A DNA stretch of 64,000 nt from an uncultured Candidatus Saccharibacteria bacterium. Lineage in GTDB: Bacteria; Patescibacteriota; Minisyncoccia; Phycocordibacterales; UBA6065. The number at the start of each line of letters is the position of its first letter. Position 1 is the stretch's first letter. The position numbers and the translations under genes are program-made. The notes under the pieces were generated by a model that worked only from the letters and a program-made list of their open reading frames with translations, was not told the origin of the DNA and did not search any database. Below are positions 19,479 through 27,865 of this stretch, one piece after another. The DNA is taken from assembly GCA_964495425.1 (NCBI GenBank), contig CAZBVG010000002.1, positions 78,570 through 142,569 on the forward strand, read 5' to 3'.

Positions 19479-20312
19479 TTATTTGCACACGTTTATTACT
19501 TCCTCGATTACGGTATCTATTTTTCCTTTTTCAATACCGTAATCCGCCAGCTTATCTTTATGCTCAAGAAGATGCTTGCAAAGAATCATGCCCGCATCCA
19601 ATAACGACTTCTTTTCAGTTTGGGTTAATGTCAAAAGAGATGTAAGTGGATGAAGTTTTGCTTCATTGATTAAATCCTCAAGGTTTCCCTCTGCTGGATA
19701 ATTCCATCCAACCAATGATAGACCCTGACACTCGGCATACCTAATAGCATGATCTGTGAATTTTGTATTTGTAAAAAGTTGAAAAGAAGTCACTTTGCGT
19801 TTTTTGCCACCATATTCATGAACACTATTTTTCAAATCATCAAAACGTGCCCGTATGTAAAGTGCCACCTTAAGATCAGATTTAAGCCCAGGTTCATTGT
19901 GGAATTTGGCCTCAATAATGGAAAGTTTATCTCCCTTCCATGCAACAACATCTACCTCATGCTCTACGCAATTACCTTCAATAATTTGACCTGTAACTGC
20001 TTCATAACCTTTTGCTTTAAAAATTTCAGCAATAAGCTTTTCAAAAGGAAAGCCGCTTGGACCAAGATCCGCAATAGCTCTCTTCATTGAATAGCGCGCC
20101 GCAACGGGCTTTGCATCCTGTCTCAGAATCTCAAAAGCATGTTTATATATCTCAGAAGTTGGTATGCCATTTACAAGCTCTTTTTGAATATGGTCTGCAA
20201 TCCGATTAGCTTCTGAATCACTTGCTCCTGCCTTCCGCAAAGAAAGAATGAGTTTTGCAGGCACGAATACCTCCTGCTCACCAGTAGATTTAAGTACAAG
20301 AATATGTGTCAT
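19479..20312 (-). CDS. ATP-cone domain fused to Mrr-like (PD-(D/E)xK) restriction endonuclease domain
   Basis: N-terminal ~85 aa matches the ATP-cone pattern (VLKSTGEQEVFVPAKLILSLRKAG…). This is followed by an Mrr_cat-like core (FEKLIAEIFKAKGYEAV…VDVVAW…SIIEAKF). Confidence 0.6.
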   Translation of the reverse strand: MTHILVLKSTGEQEVFVPAKLILSLRKAGASDSEANRIADHIQKELVNGIPTSEIYKHAFEILRQDAKPVAARYSMKRAIADLGPSGFPFEKLIAEIFKAKGYEAVTGQIIEGNCVEHEVDVVAWKGDKLSIIEAKFHNEPGLKSDLKVALYIRARFDDLKNSVHEYGGKKRKVTSFQLFTNTKFTDHAIRYAECQGLSLVGWNYPAEGNLEDLINEAKLHPLTSLLTLTQTEKKSLLDAGMILCKHLLEHKDKLADYGIEKGKIDTVIEEVINVCK

Positions 20313-20334
20313 GCACCGATTATATCGCGGCTTT

Positions 20335-21381
20335 TTATTTCACGATACCTCCTCCAAGACACACATCACCTTCATATACTACGACCGACTGACCAGGTGC
20401 AATTACAAGCGACTCATTAAAAATGATGTGAGAGCCCTCAATAGCGCAGGGTAAAAGCGCTCCAAGGTGACGAATTCGTGCTTTATAGCTTGATCCCGGT
20501 GTTGGTTTTGTTGATATCCAATTTATAGAATCAAGCTGGAATTTCTTTTTTTCAATTGAAAGTTCACCATGTGATGATTTGTGAGAAACAGTAAGAGTGT
20601 TCTTTTCAAGATCTCGAGAAACAATATAATACGGCAAATCCTCAGGTGACTTAGTAGTGATAGTAAAACCGTGTCGCTCACCAAGTGTATGGAATACTGC
20701 CCCGTCATGCTCGCCTATGATTGCGCCCTTTTCATCAAGCACATTTCCCTTTTTTGCCTCGACGTAATGAGATAAGAATTCCTTCATACTTACCTTACCA
20801 ATAAAACAAAGTCCCTGGCTATCCTTTTTTTGAGCAACAGGAAGACCGTATTGTGCGGCAAGCTTTCTGGTATCAATTTTCTCCATGTCACCGACTGGGA
20901 AAAGTGTTTTTAAAAGATGCTCTGAGGTAAGAGTCCACAAAAAATACGTTTGATCCTTTCCATGATCTACGCCGGAAAGCAATTTCCCATGTTTTGATTG
21001 AGCATAATGACCTGTTGCTACATAGTCAGCGCCATTTTCCATTGCCCACTTATAAAATCCACCAAATTTCACATACTTGTTGCACATAACATCTGGATTT
21101 GGAGTTCGGCCAGCCTTATATTCAGAAATCATGTAATCAACAACCTCCTTTTTATATTCCTTTTCTAAATCAAGCGTAATAAACGGAATTCCGAGATGAA
21201 CACACACACGCATAGCATCAAGCCGATCTTCCTTCCAGGTACACTCATACCATTCAGGCTGCCAAACCTTTATAAATACACCAGTTACGTCAAAACCCTG
21301 CTTTTTAAGCAGTGCAGCAGAAACAGAGGAATCAACCCCTCCAGACATACCTACATATACTTTTTTGGAACCAGCGTTCAT
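20335..21381 (-). CDS. mnmA: tRNA-specific 2-thiouridylase MnmA
   Basis: PP-loop SGGVDSS, MnmA-like catalytic cysteines and length. Confidence 0.9.
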   Translation of the reverse strand: MNAGSKKVYVGMSGGVDSSVSAALLKKQGFDVTGVFIKVWQPEWYECTWKEDRLDAMRVCVHLGIPFITLDLEKEYKKEVVDYMISEYKAGRTPNPDVMCNKYVKFGGFYKWAMENGADYVATGHYAQSKHGKLLSGVDHGKDQTYFLWTLTSEHLLKTLFPVGDMEKIDTRKLAAQYGLPVAQKKDSQGLCFIGKVSMKEFLSHYVEAKKGNVLDEKGAIIGEHDGAVFHTLGERHGFTITTKSPEDLPYYIVSRDLEKNTLTVSHKSSHGELSIEKKKFQLDSINWISTKPTPGSSYKARIRHLGALLPCAIEGSHIIFNESLVIAPGQSVVVYEGDVCLGGGIVK

Positions 21382-21409
21382 TAATCCTGATACTATAGGT
21401 AAAAGTTAC

Positions 21410-22471
21410 CTATTTCAAATATTTCTCTTTGTTCACTAAATGCTGCTCATATGTCACAGCTGGATGAAATCCTCCCTGTGGGTCAGTAAGATAAAAATAA
21501 TATTTCGTTTTTGTTGGGTGAATTGCTGCACGAATTGCTTCTAATCCCGGGTTAGAAATTGGGGTTGGTGGAAAGCCAAGGTTGAGATAGGTGTTGTACG
21601 GGGATTTCATTTGAAAATCTTCTGAACTCAAATGATTACCATCTGGCTTGCCAGTCGCGTACACCACTGAGGCATCAACTTGTAGCGGCATCTTTTCATC
21701 AAGACGCTTCCACAAAATATCTGCAATTACTTGTCGTGTCTCGTATACTCTGCCTTCTTCTTCGAGTATAGAAGCCATGTTAATAAGCTGCTCAATAGGT
21801 CGGCTCGATGATGCGATATCTTGCGAAATTGTTTCAATTTTTTGCTTATGAGTATCAAGCATCACTTTAACAACTTCCTCAGCTGTTATATTCGGCAAGA
21901 AAAGATATGTCTCAGGAAATAAGTATCCTTCGTATGGTGATGCGACTTTAATAAACTGGGCTTTGCTGAATCGCGAGAATTTTTGCTCCTTCGCAAAAAT
22001 ATCTGCAATTTGCTTGACAGTAAGTCCTTCTGGAATAGTGATTCGGACATTTTTCAGATCAAACCCGGCATGTGTAAGTCTCCATGCAAGTTTGAGCGAA
22101 CTCTGCGGTTTCTCTAGGTAATATTCACCAGCAAGTAGCCCTTTGGTACCACCAAACAATGTCATAAAGACTTTAAAGGCGAATTCCGACCTTATTACCC
22201 GCAACGTGCGCAATTCCTGTGCCCCACCAGAAAGTGTTTGCCCACTTTTGATAACTACAACTGTGTCCTTTGGAAATTCTGTTGGTGGAGCAACCAATAA
22301 TTTATATAGAAGTACAAATACGGTGAATATAATGAATCCCGCACAATACCAAAATCTCCACTTAAAGATGTGTGATTGAAAAGGAGGCACTGATGATTGT
22401 GTCTCCTGGGGTAAAGGATTTTGTGTGGGAAAAGTAGGTTCCATATTAGACAGGAAGATTTGATGGAGCAT
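21410..22471 (-). CDS. mltG: Endolytic murein transglycosylase MltG (YceG-like)
   Basis: N-terminal TM anchor plus YceG-like domain. Confidence 0.8.
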   Translation of the reverse strand: MLHQIFLSNMEPTFPTQNPLPQETQSSVPPFQSHIFKWRFWYCAGFIIFTVFVLLYKLLVAPPTEFPKDTVVVIKSGQTLSGGAQELRTLRVIRSEFAFKVFMTLFGGTKGLLAGEYYLEKPQSSLKLAWRLTHAGFDLKNVRITIPEGLTVKQIADIFAKEQKFSRFSKAQFIKVASPYEGYLFPETYLFLPNITAEEVVKVMLDTHKQKIETISQDIASSSRPIEQLINMASILEEEGRVYETRQVIADILWKRLDEKMPLQVDASVVYATGKPDGNHLSSEDFQMKSPYNTYLNLGFPPTPISNPGLEAIRAAIHPTKTKYYFYLTDPQGGFHPAVTYEQHLVNKEKYLK

Positions 22472-23690
22472 CTGCTCGCTTCGATGGGATTCGTTTGAGT
22501 GTTGGTGTTGTTACCGCGCTTCCTGGGAAGTGATAAATTGTTGCCAACTCCTCGGTGTTGAGAACCGTTGCTTTTTTCTTGTATGGATAATGGAAATATC
22601 CGCGATCTCGGTATGCTTTAAAATGACCAACTTTCTGCTCAGCGAGCTTCTTACCCTTCCAATCCTGCCATTTGTAGTCAAAACCCATTCCAGCTGGTTT
22701 AAAACCATTAAGATGAGGTGCGTTAAATTGTTTAAATGAGCCCATTAATCCTCCTCCAATGCCTTTATCAAATATGTCCTTTGGAGCGATATACAGCACT
22801 CGAATTCCGGCATCGAATGCGAACTTCGAAATACTACGTTCAATAGCTGAAATACGTTCTTTTTGACCTTCTGTAAGCTTTACGGAATTAGGAGTTTTGC
22901 TTCCTTCATCATCCTCAACAGCAGATTCCTCAATAATAGCCTTGATAAGTTCCTTTGCTTCATCCTTCCACTTATCCGGATACTTTTCGTTCAAAGGAGT
23001 TTTTTCCTGAGTGTGAGCACGAACAATAATTTGTATCCACGCCTGATGCCCCTTTTTAAGTGAGCCTAAAAACTCAACAAGCGGTGCAAGTGGATCGATC
23101 TTGTATTCTTCCTTTGGATCCTTATCCAAACCATAATCGACGTATGTCTTTATCGGTAATGGATCAGGCCCAGTTGCCTCGAACCGACATCCTGCTATGT
23201 CATGCTTGCTCGCATCGTATGGCATTTTATGCACATAATCATCGACTTGGTGGATTTCAACACCCGGATATTGAGCATAAATATTAGTTTCAATAATATT
23301 TCTCTGACTCTTAAATGTCCAAATATAGAAATGAATTTCACCGTCAATTGAAACTAACTCAAGTGAAAAGTAAGGGCGTACTTTACCTTCCCAATATCGA
23401 TCAATTGGTGTACCTTCACCACCTGTTTGGTACAAAGCCAATAACACAAGCTCCATTGCTAGCGGAGATTTAATCGTCTCCTGTGGCAACTTTATTTCAA
23501 GCAATACCTTTTCTTGTTTTCGAATCCAATCGTATCTTTTGTATCGTGTCCAAAAAACCCAGGTAAATTCAAAGAGAAGCGCTGGCACCCAAATGACCGC
23601 AAGAAACACAAGCCACCTGAGAGTCTCAGGAAATAGAATATGAAGCACGAAATACGGAAGATCTGTTGCAATGAGTGAGAAGATATTCAC
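22446..23690 (-). CDS. Hypothetical membrane protein (414 aa)
   Basis: Two or three N-terminal TM helices then a large soluble domain. No known motif. Overlaps mltG start by 26 nt. Confidence 0.5.
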   Translation of the reverse strand: MNIFSLIATDLPYFVLHILFPETLRWLVFLAVIWVPALLFEFTWVFWTRYKRYDWIRKQEKVLLEIKLPQETIKSPLAMELVLLALYQTGGEGTPIDRYWEGKVRPYFSLELVSIDGEIHFYIWTFKSQRNIIETNIYAQYPGVEIHQVDDYVHKMPYDASKHDIAGCRFEATGPDPLPIKTYVDYGLDKDPKEEYKIDPLAPLVEFLGSLKKGHQAWIQIIVRAHTQEKTPLNEKYPDKWKDEAKELIKAIIEESAVEDDEGSKTPNSVKLTEGQKERISAIERSISKFAFDAGIRVLYIAPKDIFDKGIGGGLMGSFKQFNAPHLNGFKPAGMGFDYKWQDWKGKKLAEQKVGHFKAYRDRGYFHYPYKKKATVLNTEELATIYHFPGSAVTTPTLKRIPSKRADAPSNLPV

Positions 23691-23720
23691 GGTCTAATTT
23701 TACTAAACTAGCGCCATATT

Positions 23721-23752
23721 GCAAAGCAAAACCACCTGTTTGCAGGTGGTTT
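23721..23752 (-). terminator. Rho-independent terminator (AAACCACCTG-TTTG-CAGGTGGTTT) after the sigma-r4 gene
   Basis: 9-10 bp stem followed by a T-rich run on minus. Confidence 0.5.
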
Positions 23753-23756
23753 GTGC

Positions 23757-24785
23757 TTATACAATCGAGTAGCGACCCTCTTTGTCTTTCTTGAAGTACT
23801 TTGGGTTCTGAAGATTAACGAGGATAGTGTTTTCCTTAACATATCGCTCCTTCATAACTTTATCGATAACTTCCTTTTTGGTGAGTGGTCCGTTCTTTTC
23901 AATTACTTTCTTGATAACGTCCTTAACTACACCTGACATGTAACCCCATTCTGAGAGTGCGTAGAGTCCTCGGCCAACAAGAACGAATCGAGGATCCTTA
24001 ATAAGCTCGTTGTGGGTTGTTGCAACATGAGCCTTCTTGTTAAACATTTTTTCAATCTGCTTCGCTACTTCTCGGAAGTGGATTGGAGAACCGTGCTTTC
24101 GGATAACGAGGAACGCGTAGTCTCGCATACCTTTTGCCTTGATGTTTGGAGACTGAGATACACCCCATTCGCCGAGTGGATTCTTGCCCACCTTCTTTGA
24201 TAGAGAGAGCCATCGCTTGAGAATCTCATCATTTCGATATGTGTCATTGAGGCCTTCGATATGATTTAGGAACGTATCAATCATTTCTGATTCAGGAATG
24301 ATGTCATCATCCTTGAGGTTTTTATAAAGCTTTTTAAGTGCCTCTTCAACCTTTTTTGAGGTTGCCTCATCTACATGCCATCGGTGCTTGAAATGATCAT
24401 CTTCCTTCTGCCACTTGAACGCTCGGCCAAGTACGAGGAGGAAATAAATGTGATTTTGGATTGATGGATCCTTTGAAACACTGTCCAAGAGATCTTCTTC
24501 TGCCATAACGCCACCCATCTCAGTCATCATTGCTTCGAGCTCTTTAAACGCCACATTCTGAGCCTCATATTCCTTTGATTTCTGGATGTTTGAGATAGCG
24601 TAGTTTTCAATCTGTCGAACGCGCTCTCGAGTGATGCCATAGGTCTTTCCGATAGCCTCAAGAGTCATTTTTGAAGGCTCTTTCCCAAGGCCATATCGCT
24701 TAATGATAACCTCCTGAGCACGATCAGGAAGACTCTTTAGAAGAGCCTTTACTACCTGCTTAGGTTTGAGCGTGAGCGTAGTCAT
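23757..24785 (-). CDS. Sigma-70 region-4-like HTH protein with ~250-aa C-terminal domain of unknown function
   Basis: Residues ~15-70 match sigma-70 region 4 (…QEVIIKRYGLGKEPSKMTLEAIGKTYGITRERVRQIENYAISNI…). No regions 1-3. Confidence 0.6.
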   Translation of the reverse strand: MTTLTLKPKQVVKALLKSLPDRAQEVIIKRYGLGKEPSKMTLEAIGKTYGITRERVRQIENYAISNIQKSKEYEAQNVAFKELEAMMTEMGGVMAEEDLLDSVSKDPSIQNHIYFLLVLGRAFKWQKEDDHFKHRWHVDEATSKKVEEALKKLYKNLKDDDIIPESEMIDTFLNHIEGLNDTYRNDEILKRWLSLSKKVGKNPLGEWGVSQSPNIKAKGMRDYAFLVIRKHGSPIHFREVAKQIEKMFNKKAHVATTHNELIKDPRFVLVGRGLYALSEWGYMSGVVKDVIKKVIEKNGPLTKKEVIDKVMKERYVKENTILVNLQNPKYFKKDKEGRYSIV

Positions 24786-24814
24786 AATGATGCCGCGTTC
24801 GTTTAAAATCTTGT

Positions 24815-24829
24815 AAATTCAGTGAATTT
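24815..24829. promoter_or_regulatory. 15-nt perfect palindrome AAATTCAGTGAATTT 30 nt upstream of the sigma-r4 gene; candidate operator
   Basis: Read from the sequence. Confidence 0.25.
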
Positions 24830-24898
24830 AAATTATCACTGGTTTGTTAGTAAGTCAAGCTTATGTGATATCACCACACCTGTCAAGAGGGCGCCAGG

Positions 24899-27862
24899 CT
24901 ACCGTACTACGATTGAAACAAGTTTGCCTGGTACCACGATAATTTTCTCTGGCTGTTTCCCTTCTAACCATTTTTTAACATCTGGAAGCGCCAAGGCCTT
25001 TTGCTCAATTTCACTTTTTCCTGCTGTTTTTGCTGCTTCAAAGGTACCTCTTACTTTTCCATTTACCTGGACAACAATCGTAACTGACTCACTCACAAGC
25101 TTTGACTCATCTACCATTGGCCACTCTGACGTGTGGATTGATTTCTTGTTTCCAAGCATACTCCACAACTCCTCAGTTACATGAGGAGCAAGGGGTGCTA
25201 AAAGTTTAAGAAATGCCTCATAGAAATTCTTTGAAAGCGCTCCAGCCTTCTCCATTTCGTTCGAGAGGATCATTAGCGAGCTTACAGCCGTATTGTGTCG
25301 AAGGGTAGCAATATCATCAGTGACTTTTTTGATTGTTTTGTGGAGCAAGACATCGAGTTCATTACTCATCTGCGCATCCTTAGAGACTTTTTCAGATAAT
25401 TTCCAAACACGTTCTAAGAATCTGCGTGAACCGAGAATACCTGAGGTTGACCATGCAATTGCCTGATCGAAAGGACCCATGAACATCTCGTACACACGGA
25501 GAGTGTCCGCACCATATGTTTCAACAATGGTGTCAGGATTAACAACATTTCCAAAACGCTTCGACATTTTTCGGCCATCCTCACCCATAATAAGACCTAC
25601 CGACTGAAGTTTCTTGAAAGGCTCAGTCGTTGAGACTGCACCGATATCATATAGAAACTTGTGCCAGAATCGCGCATAAATCAAATGACGCGTTGCATGC
25701 TCTGCACCACCAACATAGAAATCAACTTGGTTCCAATATTTTTCTTTTTTCGTATCAACAAGTGATTTGGTATTTGCAGGATCCATATAACGAAGGTAAT
25801 ACCACGAAGAACCTGCCCATTGAGGCATAGTATTTGTTTCCCGTTTAAGAATCCTTGAATTCTTTCCTTTTCCAACTCTCACATATACCCATTTATCGAT
25901 TGCGGCTAAAGGAGATTCGCCGGTGCCAGTCGGTTCGTATGATTTAACCTTAGGTAGTGTAACCGGAAGATCCTTTTCACTTACCGAGACAATTTCGTGC
26001 GGCATGATGGATTCCAACTTTGCCCATAACGCATGAGCCTCCTTCCCGTTTTTTGAATTGAAATGACCAAAGCCATCCCACTCTTCAATCTTCCACGTTG
26101 AAGGAAGCTCACCGTGAGTTTCAGCCTGAACATACGGATCATCCTTTGAACGAATGAGCGTTATATTTGGTGTATACGTTGTTATCTGTTTGTAATCCAA
26201 AGGTTCCTGCCAAAACTTTTTAAGTGCAGGAATATCTGATTTTTGATCCTCTTTTTGCATTGATTCCCAATGCTTTTCGCTTCGTACGCGTCCTACCGCG
26301 CTAGCTACAAGGAAAAGGTGCCCGATATTACGTTTTGTTGTAGAAACTAAACGCAAGGCAGCATTTGATCCAAGGCTGTGCCCTACAATCAGGTCATCTG
26401 GACCGAAATTTTTTACCAGCGGTTCTAGTTCATTCATCCACGATTCAACCGTTGGGTGTTTCGATGTAGAAATAGTTGGATTAAATACCTCAACTCCCCG
26501 CTCTTCAAGAATCTGTTTAAGTTTTTTAAACCAGTGGTTAGTGCCATTACCCTCAAATCCATGAATAAGAAGAGCTTTTTTGGCTTTAAGTCCTTGTAGA
26601 AGAGGAAAAGGTTCGCCCCAGTAACGCTGTCGTGAGAACACCCAATCCTTAAGCTTGTACTTAACTACCCACTTACCACCAACTGATTCTGTGATCTTTT
26701 TTCGCGCATCTGTTGATTTCATGCCAGTAAAAGCACCCGAATCAATGAGTGTGTCCTGTTCATCAATAACCACCTTACTCATAAGGCTAAATTTTTGAGC
26801 AAACTGTTCATCTCTTTCATCGTGAGCAGGAACAGCCATCACTGCACCCGTTCCGTATTCAGCAAGTACATAATCTGCTACAAATACAGGTACTTCCTCA
26901 TTATTAGCTGGATTGATCGCGAAAACACCCTCAAGCTTTATACCTGTTTTATCTTTCTTAGCATCAGTTCTTTCAATCTCAGTCATTACGCGAGCCGAGG
27001 CAACATACTTAATGACTTCCGCATGATTCTTTATATTTTCCTTATGCTTAAGTATCTCAGTTACAAACGTGTGCTCAGGAGCAACAACTACATACGTAAC
27101 ACCGAAAAGTGTATCTGGCCGTGTAGTAAATACTTTAAGTTTTTCACCTCTACCTTTAATAGCAAAATCAATTTCAGCTCCCTCTGAACGACCGATCCAA
27201 TTTCGCTGTGATTCCTTTATTGATTCCGGCCAATCGAGCCCATCAATATCTTTCAAAAGTCGATCAGCATACTCAGTGATTTTAAGAACCCACTGTCGCA
27301 TCGGCTTCTTTTCAACTGGAGTACCGCAGCGTTCGCACTTTCCATCCTCCACATCCTCATTAGCTAAGCCTGTTTTACATGAAGGACACCAATTAATTGG
27401 TTCATATGACTCATACGCTAGTCCTTTTTCTAATAGCTTAAGGAAAATCCACTGTGTCCATTTGTAAAATTTTGGATCTGTCGTATTAACCTCTCGCGCC
27501 CAGTCGTAATCAAAACCAATAATTTCAAGCTGCTTTTTATATCGAGCGACGTTCTTGGCAACCGAATCCATGGGATTAGTTTTTGTTTTGATGGCATAGT
27601 TTTCAGCCGGCAAGCCAAAAGCATCAAATCCCATTGGATGAAGTACATTAAAGCCAGCCATCCTTTTCTGACGAGCTACAATATCAGTGGCGATGTAGCC
27701 TTTTGGATGACCAACATGGAGCCCTTCACCTGAAGGGTATGGAAACATATCAAGAATATAAAACTTCGGTTTTTTAAATGAATCCTCTGTCTTATAAACT
27801 TTTGTCTTCTCCCACTCCTTCTGCCACTTCTTTTCTATTTTTCTGTGATCGTATTGAGTCAT
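24899..27862 (-). CDS. leuS: Leucine--tRNA ligase carrying an inserted serine-hydrolase (alpha/beta hydrolase, RBBP9/YdeN-like) domain
   Basis: HIGH (HVGHP), CP1 editing region (TTRPDT…AHDERD), DWVFSRQRYWGEPFP, KMSKR, conserved C-terminus (VQVNGKVRG…VVPGKLVSIVV). About 200 extra aa between RYWGEPFP and the SSWYY motif contain GHSLG plus Asp/His. Confidence 0.9.
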   Translation of the reverse strand: MTQYDHRKIEKKWQKEWEKTKVYKTEDSFKKPKFYILDMFPYPSGEGLHVGHPKGYIATDIVARQKRMAGFNVLHPMGFDAFGLPAENYAIKTKTNPMDSVAKNVARYKKQLEIIGFDYDWAREVNTTDPKFYKWTQWIFLKLLEKGLAYESYEPINWCPSCKTGLANEDVEDGKCERCGTPVEKKPMRQWVLKITEYADRLLKDIDGLDWPESIKESQRNWIGRSEGAEIDFAIKGRGEKLKVFTTRPDTLFGVTYVVVAPEHTFVTEILKHKENIKNHAEVIKYVASARVMTEIERTDAKKDKTGIKLEGVFAINPANNEEVPVFVADYVLAEYGTGAVMAVPAHDERDEQFAQKFSLMSKVVIDEQDTLIDSGAFTGMKSTDARKKITESVGGKWVVKYKLKDWVFSRQRYWGEPFPLLQGLKAKKALLIHGFEGNGTNHWFKKLKQILEERGVEVFNPTISTSKHPTVESWMNELEPLVKNFGPDDLIVGHSLGSNAALRLVSTTKRNIGHLFLVASAVGRVRSEKHWESMQKEDQKSDIPALKKFWQEPLDYKQITTYTPNITLIRSKDDPYVQAETHGELPSTWKIEEWDGFGHFNSKNGKEAHALWAKLESIMPHEIVSVSEKDLPVTLPKVKSYEPTGTGESPLAAIDKWVYVRVGKGKNSRILKRETNTMPQWAGSSWYYLRYMDPANTKSLVDTKKEKYWNQVDFYVGGAEHATRHLIYARFWHKFLYDIGAVSTTEPFKKLQSVGLIMGEDGRKMSKRFGNVVNPDTIVETYGADTLRVYEMFMGPFDQAIAWSTSGILGSRRFLERVWKLSEKVSKDAQMSNELDVLLHKTIKKVTDDIATLRHNTAVSSLMILSNEMEKAGALSKNFYEAFLKLLAPLAPHVTEELWSMLGNKKSIHTSEWPMVDESKLVSESVTIVVQVNGKVRGTFEAAKTAGKSEIEQKALALPDVKKWLEGKQPEKIIVVPGKLVSIVVR
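26003..26596 (-). other. In-frame serine-hydrolase-like domain insertion within leuS (residues ~423-620)
   Basis: LLIHGFEGNGTNHWF…DLIVGHSLGSNAALRL…RSKDDPYV…WDGFGHFN resembles the YdeN/RBBP9 Ser_hydrolase family with a Ser-Asp-His triad. Confidence 0.6.
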
Positions 27863-27865
27863 TGA

